Assembly (NCBI RefSeq): GCF_009914755.1
Contig: NC_060945.1
Reading direction: 5' to 3' (one strand)
Source: the human T2T-CHM13v2.0 reference genome, Homo sapiens
Length of the DNA stretch: 64,000 bases
The position numbers and the translations under genes were made by a program. This document shows positions 18,427 to 44,189 of the stretch, in pieces. Positions within the stretch are counted from its first letter, which is position 1, and each line of letters begins with the position of its first letter. A model generated the notes under the pieces. That model was not told the origin of the DNA, made no database searches, and saw only the letters and a program-made list of their open reading frames with translations.

Positions 18427-19480
18427 GGGCAGGTGGCACCAACAGCGGGTCCCTCAGGCCTCGAGCGCACGCATTCCAGTGGCCACCCAGACCATGCTCC
18501 GCCGACTGGGCGCACAAGCTGCAGTCGCCCTCTGTGTGCAGCAGCAGCTGCCTGGCAACCCCCGAGCCCGCTCGCGCTGCCAGCATCGCAGAACCAGGGC
18601 CAGGTGTCCCAGTGGCTGCGGCCAAGCCAGGCATTCTGGCCGGCGGCGGCGGCTGCACAGGAGCGAGAACTGAGAACCCGCCGCTCAACCCCACACGGGT
18701 GACTGCCGAGTGCCCATACCAACGGCCCCGATCTCCCTCAGGTGGAGGACTGGGCGGGAGGCACAGCCTGGGGGCCCTCAGGCTGGGCGCGCTGGCGATC
18801 CCGAGGCCGACCAGGCCATGCACCTCCAGCCCGCCTGGGCACCCAAGCTGCAGCCACCTTCTGTGTGCAGGCAGCAACCTCCAGGCAACTCCCGAGTCCG
18901 CCCTCACTTCCCACATCTCGGAACGAGGGCCAGATGTCCCTGTGGCTGCGGCCAAGCCAGGCGGTCTGCCCTGCAGCAGCTGCACGGGGGCGGGAACCGG
19001 CCCTCAGCCCTATCCCCCGTGGCTGCAGAGGGCCCTTGGCTAGAGGTGTCGAGCTCTGGCAGAGGAGGAGCCGGGCGGGGGCAGGGTCTGGCGGGCTCTC
19101 AGGCCAGGGGCACTCGCGATCCAGAGGCCGCCCAGGCCATGCTCCACCACCTGGGCGCCCAGCTACAGGCGCCAGGCAACTCCCAAGCTGGCTGGCGCGC
19201 CCAGCCTCGCAGACCTGGGCGTGGATGTCGCCGTGGCTGCGGCCAAGCCAGGCGGTCTGCCCGGCGGCGGCTGCACCGGGGCAGGAACCGACCCTCAGCC
19301 CCATCCCCGGTGGCTGCGGACGGCCCCTGGAGAGGCCCCGACCTCTCTTCGGAGGAGAAGAGGGGCGGGAGTCAAGGACAGGCAGGCCCTCAGGCGGGAA
19401 GGGATGCGCGCCTGCGATTCCGGGACATACCGCGCCAGCCCAGGAGAACCCGGAAGCCCGCAGCGCCTGTTTCTCTGTGT
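18427..19480. repeat. GC-rich ~290-330-bp tandem repeat, about 3 units (copy A)
   Basis: Core tggctgcggccaagccaggc at 18613, 18943 and 19234. Confidence 0.88.
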
Positions 19481-19489
19481 GATTCTGTG

Positions 19490-22400
19490 AGGAACCACCA
19501 AATTGTTTTCCACGGCAAGTGCATCATTTTCTATTCCTAGCAGCCAGTTCATAAGGGCTCCAATTTCTCCACCTCCTTAGCAACACTGATTTTCTGTGTC
19601 GTTGTTATGAAAGCCTTACTAGTGGATGCAAAGTGGCATCTCATTTGGGTTTTGTCTTGCATTTTATTAATGAATAACGGTGTTTAGCATCTTTTCTTGT
19701 CCGTCTTAGACATTTGTGTATCTTCTTCGGAGAAATGTCTATTCAAGTCCTTTGCCTATTTTTTAATTGGGATGTTAGAAATTCTGATGTTGAGTTGTGG
19801 GATATTAAGCTTTTATCAGATACGCACTTTGATTTTATCAGATACATATTTTCTCACATACTATGGGTTGTCTTTTAACTCCCTTGATAGTATCCTTTGA
19901 TGCATAAAGGTTTTTTATTTTGATTAAATCTAATTTACGTGTATTTTCTTTTGTTATCTGTGCTTTTCTGTCATATTTCAAAATACACTTAAAACTCAAA
20001 GGTCATAAAGGTTTACCTTGTGTTTTCTTCTAAGAGTTACATACTTTAGTCCTTACATTTAAGTCTTTTATTAATTTAGAATTAATTTTTGTGTATACTG
20101 CAAGGTAGGGGTCTAACTTCTCTCTTGTGCATTGACATCCAGCTGTTGGAGAGACTGTTCTTTCCTCCCTTGACTAGACTTGGACAGCTTGTTGAACAGT
20201 CATTGACCATATATGTGAGCACTAATTTGTAGGATCTCAAATCTGTTCTATTTTATTGGTCTAAAAGTCTATTAGTCTTATGCCAGTACCACACTCTCTT
20301 GATTACTGTAGATTTGTAGTAGGCTGTGAAACTGAAAAATGTGAGTTTTCTAATATTCTTTTTCAAGACTGTTTTGTCTGTCAGATCCTTTGAATTTCTG
20401 TATGAATTGTAGAATGAGTTTCTTTCTTTCTGCAGAAATGCCTTTGGGATTTTGATGGTACTGCATTGAATCTGTAGATTACTTTAGATGGTATTGTCAT
20501 CTTAACAATATTGTCTTACAACCCATGAACACAGAATGTCTTTCCAGTTATTTCCACTCTCTTTCGTTTTTTTCAGCAAAGTTTTGTGTATACCACCATG
20601 GTTAGATTTATGCCTGAATAACTTATTCTTTGATGCTATTATAAATGGAATTTTTAAAATGTTTTCATAGTTCTTTACAACTATATAGAAATATAGCTCA
20701 TTTGCCTATGTTTGTTTTGCATCCTGCCTCTTTTATTAGTTATAATCGGTTTTGTGTTTTATTTGGAGCTTTATACACATAAGATCATGTGTATATATAA
20801 TTTTACTTCTGTTTTTTTATTTCTAATTTAGATGCCTTTTATTTCTTTGTCTTGCCTAATTGCTCTGGCTAAAATTGCCAGTGGTATGTTGAATACAAGT
20901 GGCAAATGAACCGTGCTTGTCTTGTTCTAGATGTTAGGAAAACAGCTTTCAGTGTTTCATCATTGATCATGATATTAACTGTTGGGTTTTTGTACATCCT
21001 ATTGTCATGTTGCAGAAAATCCCTTCTATGCCTAGTTTATTGAATATTTTTATTATAGAAGGGTGTTGTATTTCATCAATGTTTTCTCTGCATCAATTGA
21101 AATAATCACGTGCTTATTCATTTTACTGTTAGAGTATATTACACTGATTGATTTTTTTATATGTTGAGCCACTCTTGCATTTTGGGGATAAATCTCACAG
21201 GGTGATAGTTTACAATCCTTTGATTATACAGTATTGCTGCTAGTATTTTGCTAGTATTGCTAGTATTTTGCTGAGATTTTTGCTTATATATTCATAAGGG
21301 ATATTGTGCTGTAGTTCTCTTTTTTGTGCTCTCTTTGGCTTTGGTATAAGGATAATGCTGTTATCAAAAAATGAATTAGCAAGTATTCCTTCTTCATATA
21401 TTATGTCGGAAGAGTTTGAGAAGAAATGGTATTAATTCTTTTTTAAATGTTAGGTTGACTCACCAGTTAATGCAGCTATTTGGTCATAAATGTTTCTTTG
21501 TTAATCGCTTTCGATTACTAATTCAATATCCTAGGTTATAGGTCTATTCAGATTTTCTCTTTCTTCTGGAGACACTTTCGTAGTTTGTATCTTTCTAGTG
21601 ATTCGTCCATTTCATCCAGGGCAGCTAATTTGTTGTTAGACAGTTGTTCACAGTATACTCCTGTAATCCTTTTGTATTTCTGTAAAGTTGGTAGTAATGG
21701 CTCTGCTTTCATTTATTATTTTAATAATTAGTCTTCCATCTTTTGCTCAGTCAATATAGTGAAAGGCTTGATCTTTCAAATAATCTATGTTTATTCATTC
21801 TACTGCTCTCCAAACTTCTATTTTATTGATTTATGCTCTAATTATGCTCTCTATTATTTCTTTCATACTGCTAGCTTTGGATTTAGTCTTCTTTTGTCTT
21901 CTTCCACTGCCTTTAGGTATAGAGTGAGGATGTTGATTTGAGATTTTTCTTAAATGTAGTTGTTTATATCCATACATTTTCCTTTGAACTCTACTTTCAC
22001 TGCATTCAATAAGTTTTGGTATGTTTTGTTTTTATTTTAATTTATCTCAAGATATTTTATAATTTTGCTTGTGATTTATTTTTTTCACTCACTGGTAGTT
22101 GAAGACTGTATTGTTTAATTTCCACATTTTCATGAATTTTCCAGTTTTCACTTATTTATCTGTTGTTTCTTCCATTGTGGTTGTAAATTATATTTTGTAT
22201 GATTTCAAACTTTTAAAAATGATTAGGATATATTTTGTGGACGAAGATATGGCCCATCCTAGAGAACTTCCATATACACTTGAAAGGAATGTATATTCTG
22301 CTGTTGTTGGATGGACTGTGCTGTATATGCGTATTAGCTCTCAGTGGCTTATACTGTTGTTTAACTCTTGTATTTCTCATGAAGCTTCTGTCTGGTTTTT

Positions 22401-22490
22401 CTATCCATTAATTAAAATGAGGTATTGAAGTGTCCAACTGTGACTATAGAACTGTGGGTTTATCCTTTCAATCCTGTTAATTATTTCAGC
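19490..22490 (-). mobile_element. Old L1M, antisense
   Basis: T-rich antisense ORF2 motifs: gagaaatgtctattcaagtcctttgcc, ctgcattgaatctgtagatt, aatgtatattctgctgttgttgg. Confidence 0.8.
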
Positions 22491-22654
22491 TTTACTGAGG
22501 TGTAATAGAGAAATAAAAATTGTACATGTGATGCGTTTATATGCACATTCTGAAATGATTACCAAAACGAAGTCAATGAACATGTTAATTACCTCACAGA
22601 ATAGTTACCTTTTTGTGTGCATGTGTGGGATAAGAAAACTTAACTCTATCCCCT

Positions 22655-23375
22655 GTGACTGCAGAGTGGACATTCCGGCTGCTCCAGGCTCCAGCAGAGG
22701 AAGACTGGGGCAGGTGGCACCACCAGGGAGGCCCTCAGGCCTGGCGCGCACGCATTCCAGAGGCCACCCAGACCACGCTCCGCCGCCTGGGCGCACAAGC
22801 TGCAGTCGCCCTCCGTGTGCAGGCAGCAGCTGCCTGGCAACCCCTGAGCCCGCTTGTGCTCCCAGTCTCGCAGAACCAGGGCCAGGTATCCCTGTGGCTG
22901 TGGCCAAGCCAGGCATTCTGCCCAGCGGTGGCGGCTGCACAGGGGCGAGAACTGAGAACCCGCCGATCAACCCCACACGGGGTGACTGCCGAGTGCCCAT
23001 GACAGCGGCCCCGATCTCTCTCAGGTGGAGGAGTGGGTGGGAGGCATGGCCTGGGGGCCCTCAGGCTGGGCGCGCTGGCGATCCCGAGGCCGACCAGGCC
23101 ATGCACCTCCAGCCCGCCTGGGCTCCCAAGCTGCAGCCGCCTTCTGTGTGCAGACAGCAGCCTCCAGGCAACTCCTGAGCGTGCCCGCTCTCCCCACATC
23201 TCCGAAGCAGGGCCAGATGTCCCTGTGGCTGCGGCCAAGCCAGGCGGTCTGCCCTGCAGCAGCTGCACGGGGGCGGGAAGCGGCCCTCAGCCCCATCCCC
23301 AGTGGCTGCAGAGGGCCCCTGGCTAGAGGTCTCGAGCTCTGGCAGAGGAGGAGCCGGGTAGGGGCAGGGTCTGGC
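22655..23375. repeat. GC-rich tandem repeat copy B (paralog of 18427-19092)
   Basis: Colinear with copy A at offset ~4282 bp; cores at 22895 and 23226. Confidence 0.9.
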
Positions 23376-23464
23376 TTGACCATTTGGAATTACAATACAC
23401 TTCACTCATCAACCACAGAACATACACTGGAGTATCATCTGCGTGCAGATGAGTATACTGCTCA

Positions 23465-25225
23465 AAGCGATTTACAGATTCAATGCTTTTCCTATCAAAC
23501 TACTAATGTCATTTTGCACAAAATAGAAAACATCTAAAATTTATATGGAACCTAAAAGGAGTCTGAATAGCCAAGCCAAAGCAATACTAAGGCTAGAGAC
23601 ATAGGCTAGAGACATCATAGTACATGACTTCAAACTATACTAGAAGACTATAGTAATCAAAACAACATGGTACTGGTAGAAAAACAGACACATAGACCAA
23701 TGGAACAGACTAGAGTACTAGAAACTAAGGCCACATGCCTGCAACCATCACATCTTTAACAAAGTTGACAAAAGTAAGCAATGGGAAAAAGACTTTTTAT
23801 TTAATAAATAATGTGGGGATAACTGGCTAGTCATATGCAGAAGAATAAAACTCGACCTCCATATTTCACCAAATACAAAAATTAGCTTAAGATGGATTAA
23901 AGAGTTAAATGAAAAATCTCAAGCTATAAAACGCCTAGAAAAAACCTAGGAAATACTTTTTTTGATAACGGCCTTGCCAAGTAATTTATGGCTAAGTCCT
24001 CAAAAGCAATTGCAACTAAAACAAAAAATGACAAGTGGGATTTAATTAAACTGAAAAACTTTTGCACAACAAGAGGAACTATCAAGGTAGTAAAGAGATA
24101 ACCCACAGAATGAAAGAAAATATTCACAAACTACGCATCTAACAGAGGTCTATTATGCAGAACCTATAAGGAACTTAAACAAATCAACAAGCAAGCAGCA
24201 AGTAACTCCATTAAAATGTGGGCAACAGGACATGAACGGACACTTTTCAAAAGAAGACATACACACAAGCACCCAACAAACATATGTAAAAGTGCTCATC
24301 GTCATTATTTATTAGAGAAATGCAAATCAAAACCAAAATGAAATACCATTTCACACCGTTCAGAATGGCTTTTTTTGAAAAGTCAAAAGAAAAACACATA
24401 TCGGTGAAGATTTAGAGAATAGAGAACACTTATACACTTTCTGAATGAATGTAAATTAGTTCAGTCACTGTGGAAAGCAGGTTGGGGATTTCTTAAAGAA
24501 CTGAGAATTGATCTACCATTCAATCCAGTAACCCCATTACTGGGTATATACCCGAAAGAAAATAAATATCCTATCAAAAAGACACATGTAGCCATATTTT
24601 TATCACAGCAGTATTCACAATCACAAAGACATAGGCTTAATCCAGACATCCATCAGTGGTGGTCTAAAGACTCATGGAATACTCTACAGCCAGAAAAAAC
24701 TCAAAATTATGCCATTTGAAGCAACATGGATGCATTGTTTCCAGCAAACTAATGCAAAAGCAAAAAACAAAATACCGCATGTTCTCTTTCATAAGTAGGA
24801 GCTAAATGCTGGGTACACACGGTCATAATACAGAGGGGTGGGAGGGGCCGGGACGGTGGCTTACGCCTATAATCCCAACACTTTGGGAGGCCAAGGTGAG
24901 CGGATCACCCGAGGTCAGGAGTTTGAGACCAGCCTGGCCAACGTGGTGAAACCCCGCCTCTAATGAAAACACAAAAATTAACTGGGCATGGTGGCTGGCG
25001 CCTGTAATCCCAGCTACTCGGGGGTCTGAGGCGGAGAGTCGCTTGAACCCGGGGGGCGGAGTTTGTAGTGAGCCAAGATCGCGCCACATCACTCCAGCCT
25101 GGGCGACGGAGCAAAACTCTGTCTCAAAAACAAACAAACAAACAAAAAACAAAGAGGGAGGGGGGAGGGAATACAGATTGATTAAAACTACCGATTGGTT
25201 AGTGTCCTCTCTACCTTGGTAATGA
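23465..25225 (+). mobile_element. L1PB/L1MA-like ORF2 3' end and 3'UTR, interrupted by an Alu
   Basis: gacttcaaactatac, agaccaatggaacaga, ccattactgggtatatacc motifs. Confidence 0.8.
24846..25153 (+). mobile_element. AluS (Sx-like)
   Basis: Full dimer with (aaac)n tail. Confidence 0.92.
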
Positions 25226-25489
25226 ATTCATTCATTTAATTCATAATTCATTCATTCAATTCATAATTCAGTTCCCCCTGAGAAAAAAATATTCACTTGT
25301 CATTAAAATCTCTCTGTATCTTACTGATTTCAGATAGAAGTTAAATTTCACCTTAATAATAGAAATAAAAGAACTAGTTAAACTGACAAAAACTAATAAA
25401 CATTTGCTCAAATTTACTGAGAGAGTCATGGGTACTCATATAATAGTAACATTCTACCAGTTTTAAGTAAAATAAATAAGGAAACAATC

Positions 25490-26420
25490 TTAACTCCATC
25501 GCCTACTGGAAGGGACGTGACCCCGCTCCAAGGTGAGTGGGACCCTGCGCTCTGGGCGGGTTGCGCCGCGGTCTCTGGCACCTCTTGTTGGCAGCGTCGC
25601 CTTTGCAGGCACAGGGCAGGCATTGGGGGGCGGGCAGCGGGCCAGGCCCAGGCTACTCCTTTGCCAGGGGGTTGGGCAGGTGTGGAGAGGGGCGGAGCGG
25701 TGCTGCCCTGGGCGAGGGAGCCTCCCGCTCTGGACGGTTCGCCGCCCCTGCCCCAGGAAGGCGCTGCAGGATCTGGGTGGGGAAGGGGAGGGACGAGGGA
25801 ACACAGTCCAGGCCAGGTGGCCCCTGAGACCTGGATGATGCAGGAGGGGCTGTGGGAGACCAGAGAGGACCCGAAGCAGAAACCGGGAACTGATACGTCT
25901 GGCTCAATATTTGTCCTCTTGCTGAAGTTTGAAAGTCAGTTATTTCATTAAAGTTTAATTTTATTATAAAAATAACAACTATTAAAAATTCCCTGTAGTC
26001 ACTGGAGTGATAAATTTTGGTGCAGTTTCAGCATAACACTCTAATTATTCAAATTGCGGCCATGTTTCAAAATATATGCCATATATTTTTATGGCATCCA
26101 CCCCTGTGTCCTTGTGTCCCGCATCCGCCTCTGTGTCCCTGCTGGCTCAGGAAACGAGCTTCTTCCTCCTTCCGCAGACTCGAATCAGGCCGTCCTCCCT
26201 CCTGCGCCTGAGGCTGTCATGGGGACAGCCTGCCCTCGAATAGCCGGAGAAAGCCCGGCCTGTGCCCTGTGCTCGGCCTGGTGTCCTGGCTTGTGCCCGA
26301 GAGCCCCGCACGAAGCAGTGTGACAGGTGTGGAAGGACCCAGCACCAGGCAGCGGTGAGCGGATGGATGCTCCAGGGATGTGGGGCTGCTGGCAGTCAAG
26401 AACCCATTGCCAAATTCCAT
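25490..26420. other. Non-repetitive GC/CpG-enriched island, possible duplicated promoter or first exon
   Basis: GC boxes (ggggcggg), CpGs and an AAG|GTGAGT donor-like site near 25530; no recognisable coding match. Confidence 0.4.
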
Positions 26421-26720
26421 GGCATAATTTTGGATATTTTTCCCTTATATTTTTGTGTAAGGCTTTCAGACTTACACATTTTGAGTTTTTTAAAAAAATA
26501 GTATAAACTACAATTCTGACTTCTGTATTTTACATGTTGATAGCAAATCTTCATACCGTTTTTGTGTTAAAGGGGGCTATTCCCTCTCCATAGTTTGGCC
26601 TTTGCACCCTTGTTGAAGTTCATTTTGACCATATATACAAGGTTTTGTGGAGAGAGGGGTCTCTATTATTTTCTATGTCTACACGTCTTGATTTAATACA
26701 TTTCTTTTTAGATTTTCTCC

Positions 26721-27018
26721 TTTTTACTTTTTGAGACAGGTTCTTTGTCATCCAGGCTGGGGTTCACTGGTGCGACCATGGCTCACTGCAGCCTTGCTCT
26801 CCCAGGCTTAAAAAATCCTCTCACTTCAGCCTCTGGAATAGCTGAGACTACAGGTTCATGTCACATTGCCAGGTTAATTTTAATTTTAATTTTTTTTTTA
26901 GCGATAGATGTTCTCACTAGGATGTCCAGTGTGGTTTGAACTCCTGGGTTCAAGCAATCCTCCTACCTCAGCCTCACAAAGTGCTGAGGTTACACGTGTA
27001 AGCCATAGAACCTGGCCT
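26721..27018 (-). mobile_element. AluJ
   Basis: Antisense, diverged Alu (ggctcactgcagcc...caaagtgctgagg). Confidence 0.85.
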
Positions 27019-27747
27019 CAAAATACCACATTTGAAAAGAGTTCAACAGCACTGCAATTAGTTTTTGATTTAAAAATTGTGAGGGCTCCACAATTGACAT
27101 TATTTTACAAGTTTAATTGGCTATTTTCAATCTTGAGATTTCATATGTTTTAGAATTTTGTATTTCTGCAAGTAAATATTGTTATGATTTATATAGCTAT
27201 TGCATTTAATCTGTTGTTGATTTCATTAGTATAGACTTAACAATATTGTTTTCTAATTTATGAATATGGGATATCTTTTCAATTGTCTAATCTATAAATA
27301 TAGAATATCTTCCCCATTGTTTGTGACTTTTCTTCAGCAACATCTTGTAACTTCTAGTATACTAGTCTTACATCTCTTCGCTTGTTTATTCCAAAGTATA
27401 TTCTTCTTAATGCTATTTTCAGTGGAATTTTAAAAACTTGGATTGTACCGTGTAATGAAGAGAAATACACTTAATTTTGTATTCTGCAATTTTGCTAAAT
27501 ACAACTATTAGTTCTAACAGGTATTGTTTTCAGCGTATAGGATTTTTTTGTATATAACATCATATCATGTAATTTTACTTCTTCCTTTAGAATGTGGATC
27601 TTTTCTTTTTTTTCATTGCCTAGTTGTTTTGCCAGGACTTTCACTGCTATTTTTGAATAGATGTGGCAACAGTGAATATCTTGCCTTATTATTAATCTTA
27701 GAGGATAAACTTTCCACACTTCAGAATTCAGTATAATATTAGTGATG

Positions 27748-28090
<343 letters not shown>

Positions 28091-28257
28091 TAGCTTTTGC
28101 TGTGTTATTTTCCTTTTATTTCTAGTTTATTGAGTGTTTTTTATCTTGAAAAGATGATTAATACTGTCAGTTGACTTTTCTGCATTATTTGAGATGATTG
28201 TGTGGTTTATATCTTTTACTCTGTTAATATGATATATTAAATTGATTGGTTTATACT

Positions 28258-34393
<6,136 letters not shown>

Positions 34394-34411
34394 AAATAGA
34401 TTGATTTACAC

Positions 34412-38732
<4,321 letters not shown>

Positions 38733-38734
38733 AA

Positions 38735-41700
38735 ACAAGCAAAACAACTAATAAAAACTCTATACTGCCATTCTTTTCAACTTTTTGTTGTTTCTCTTCA
38801 TTCCCTATTTTACAGTCTATGTATTGGAAATAAATACGTTGTAGTTATTATTTTTATTGGTTTATTGTTTACTCTTTCTATTTGAGATTTTTGCACCCCA
38901 TAATTACCATATTATAATATTCAGTGTTTTTCCATGTGCTAGTGCTAGTGAGTTCTGTACCTTCAGATGATTTCTTATTGCTCTCTAACTTGTTTTCTTT
39001 TAGGTTAAGATATCCCTTTGCATTTCTTGTAGGACAGGTCTGGTGTTAATGAAATCCCTCAGTTTTTGTTTGTTGGAAAAGTTCTTATTTTTCTGTCAAG
39101 TTTAAAGGACGTTTTTGCCAGATACATTATTCTAAAGTAAAAGTCTTTTTTTCCTTCAGTTTTTAATATGTCATGCCAATCTCACAGCCTGTAAATTTTC
39201 CCCTGAAAAGTCTGCTGTCAGATGTATTGGAGTTCCGCTGAATGTTATTTGTTTCTCTTCTCCGATGCTTTTGGAATCATTTCTTTATCCTTAACCTTTG
39301 GGAGTTCAGTTTAGTGCCTTGAGGTGGTCTTCTTTGGGTTAAATCTGCTTTATGTTCTGTAACTTTCTGTTACTCGAATGTTGATATCAAATGTTGAGGA
39401 ATTGTTTAATATTATTTAATATTATTTATTTAAATAAATGTTCAACTCATCTCTTTTTCTACCTCCTCTTTAAGGCCAATGACTCTTAGATTTGCTATTT
39501 TGAGGCTATTTTAAAAATTCTATAGGCATGCTTTATTTTTTATTCCTTTTTGTCTCCTCTGACTTTGTATTTTTAAATAGTCTGGCTTCAAGTTCACTAC
39601 ATCTATCTTCTCCTTGGTCAATTCTTTTAAGTAATTCTGATCCATTCTTCAGTATGACAATAGCATTTTAACCTCAGAATTTCTACTTTATTCTTTTTAT
39701 TTCAATCTCATTGTTAAATTTATCTGATAGAATTTTGAATTCCTTCTCTGTGTTATATTGTACATTTCTTTGAATTACCTCAACCAGTTATTTTGGATTT
39801 CCTGTATGAAAAGTCACATATCTTTGTTTTTCCAGGATTTGTCCCTGGTACTTTATTTAGCTTGTTTGGTGAGATCATGTTTTCCTGGATGGCCTTGATA
39901 CTTGTAGATATTCATCTGTATCTGGGCATTGAAGAATTCAGTCTTTATTGTAGTCTTCACAGTCTGGGCTTGTTTGTGCCCATTATCTTTGGGAACACTT
40001 TCCAGGTATTCAAAGAAACTTGGGTCCCAAACCCGATAGCACAGTAGTTTATGCAAACACGTAGAGGTACTGCCTTGGTGGCCTTGGATTAACATCAAGA
40101 AAAATTCTCTTGATTTATCAAGTAGAGAAGCTTGTTCTCTTCCCTTACTTTCTCTCAAATCAGCAGTCTCTCTTTCTGTGCTGAGACATGTGGAGCTGGG
40201 GTTGGTGTAACAGAAGAACTCCTGTGGCCACCACCACTGAGACTGTGCTGGTTCACACCTGAAGTAGGCACAGAACTTGGTCTCACCCAAGGCCCACTGC
40301 AACCACTACTTGGCTACCATATAAGTTTATTCAAAGCCCTAGGACTCTGTGATTAATAGTTGGCAATGCCAGCCAGGTTTGTGTCTCTGCCTATGGGGTT
40401 GCAAGTTCCCCTAGCCATGAGTGGGTCCACAGATGCTACCTGGGAGCCAGAGATTAAAGCATAGAATCTTCAAAATTTAGCTGATCTTCTATTTTATTGT
40501 AGCTAACCTGGCACTTAGGGAATAAGACAAAGTATTTTCTATTCTTCTTTCCCCTCTCTGCAGGCAGAAGAGCTTCTTCTATGACTGCCAACACTACTGG
40601 CCCATGGGGGGTTTCCACCAAATCATCATCACTTTCTCACTTAAAGCCCAAGGACTCTTTAGTTAGCTTGTGATAAATTCTGCAATGCCTGGGACTCGAC
40701 CTTTGGCCCAGAGCAAATGCAGAAATGCTGACCAAGAAGACCCTAGGCCTGGACTCAGGGACTCTAAGAATCTGCTTGGTGATCTACCCCACTGTGGTTG
40801 AGCTGGTATACCAGGTGCAATGTAGAGTTCCCTTTACTTCCCCCCCTGCCTTTCTCAAACAGAAGTCTTTCACCATAGCTACCACAGCTAGAAATGTACT
40901 GGGTCACACCTGAACTTAGCACTTCTCAGAGCCCAATGCCCATGGTGTATTACCTGGTTGTCACTGTTTTTTATTCTGGGTACGGGGGTTCTTTAGTCAG
41001 CAGGTGATGAATTCTGCCAGGTCTTTACTGACATGGCAGCACTGAGTTTGATGTAAAGTCCTCCAGTCACTGTGCTCTCCCTCTCCCAAATTCACAGGTT
41101 TCTGTGTGTTGTGTGGCTGCTGCTAGGTGGGGGGTGGGGGAGTGGTGTTGTGAGCACTCCTTTAGCTGCTCTGGCTGCTGTCTCAGTAGACCCCATACTC
41201 CCCACCCTCCACATTCCACTGGCTCCGAGCCAAGCTCAGAATATGACTTGCCTAATAATTGAAGTCCTTGTGGCCTAGGCTGCCCCTTAAGTTCTCTTAG
41301 AGTCCAATAGCACGTCAACTCATGATGGCAAGACTTGTAAAAACTCAAGCTCCCAACACTAGGATGGGAAGTTTTCCTCTTTCTAGGGCCAATACACATG
41401 CTCCTTCCATTGGCAGATGTCAGCTGAGTACAGTCTGGTTCTGCTTTTCACTGTGACAGGGTAGTACTGAGTTTATTGAAAGCCTCCCAAACTATGCGCT
41501 CCCTCTCCCAAACATACTATCTCTGCACAATGTAGCCACTACTGGTGGTTGAAAAAGAGGTGGCATCCATGCTTCTAGACCGTCTTTTATTTTTTTGTCT
41601 TCTCCAACGTCTGTTTCAGTGATATGAAGTTAATACCAGGTACTGTGATTGCTCACCGAATTTTTGGTCCCTTTGACAGTGCTTCTTGAATGTAGTTAGT

Positions 41701-41770
41701 TGTGAAAATTTGGTGTTTTTGTGTGGTGGATGAGAATGTAGGCTTCTATTCTGCCCTCTTACTCTGTCTC
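38735..41770 (-). mobile_element. L1M 5'UTR/ORF1, antisense
   Basis: Reverse-complement similarity to the sense L1M 5' end at 52160-54035 (catccaggaaaacatga motif). Confidence 0.7.
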
Positions 41771-41778
41771 TGCCTTAA

Positions 41779-42966
<1,188 letters not shown>

Positions 42967-43637
42967 TTAAGCTGCCTTTCCTTTGCAAATACAAAATCAA
43001 ACCATTCGAAAAATCACTTTAATTGTAGGGATTGACAGTATCTTTCCCCTTCCCTATCTCCTTTCCTCTTTTGTGATTTTTTTTTTTCTGATCACTATGA
43101 ATCCACTCCACAGAGTAACCTCCTTTCTTAATCTGTGTGAATTGTGGTGATGAGCTAGTCAGCTCTGTTAAAACCACTAACAAAAAAGTTTTAAATTTCC
43201 TAGTTAGTAATACATTTTTAGCATGCCACAAGATACTCTTAGAACAAGGACTTCTGGTCCAGGCATTATGGATTATGATGATTAGTTCTCTGGATTTCTA
43301 TAAGCTTTGAAATTATGAGGTAAAAATCTAAAATAAGTCGGACTTCATGCTATTTATACATTTATTGGGTTTGTTAATTATTCCATAGGAAAACAGATGA
43401 AAGACTTTTGTAGAATTCAATTCTGCTTCACCATACTTAGGGTTACAAGAAGGCAATTATATTGATGTAATTGACAGACTGAATTAACCTCAGTCATCAC
43501 ATGTGATTTTTCTAGAGTTTTTTTTAATGGTGCTGACATTCTCTTCAATATGTCCATGCTTAGCTTGGGTTTCTGGGGGACAGATGAGTAGCTAGTGCTA
43601 CCCATCTAAAACATAATGTTCATTAGTTGGAATAATG

Positions 43638-44189
43638 GTGTGATATGATAGTCTTCAAGATGATGCCCTCAATTTCTTTCCTCTCTGCATGCACATGCTG
43701 CTGTTTACATTGACAGGTAGAGTCGAATCTCCCATTTCTTGAATCTGTGCTGGTCACAATGACTTGCTTTTCCAATAGGATGGAGCAGAAGTCGTATTCT
43801 AGGACCTCCAAGGCTAGGTCCTAAGAAGCTTTGTAGTATTTGCCTGTGTGTCTTGGGACAAACTACCACGTTGTGAGCACTCCAGGTAACATGGAGAGGT
43901 CAGATAGGCATCACACTCAGCAGCCAATATGCACTGCCAGCCATGTAAGTGACCCATCTAGACTCTTTAGCCTAATTGAGCTTTCAGGTGACTTCAGCAG
44001 CAGCCAACCAACCGCAACTGCAAGAAAGACTCCAAAAGACAACTTTTGTAGTGCCCATCAACCCACAAAACCATGAGAAATAACGTTATTAAAATTACTA
44101 AACAAATAATAACAATAAACAATATTAAACAATAAATAATTCCTTAAGTTTTGGAATGGCTTACTATTCAGCAAGACATGGCTAGAACA
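43638..44189 (+). mobile_element. MLT1 (MaLR) solo LTR
   Basis: TG...CA ends; cttgaatctg.gctggtc..tgacttgctt, aggctaggtc.taagaag and taagttttggaatggcttact motifs. Confidence 0.7.

Noticed and set aside
18004-19552. Many long overlapping ORFs (up to 277 aa)
   Set aside because: Stop-poor GC-rich tandem repeats open in several frames on both strands; no protein family similarity
21230-25275. Micro tandem duplications at ~21235, ~23591 and ~25225
   Set aside because: Ordinary slippage events in decayed repeats
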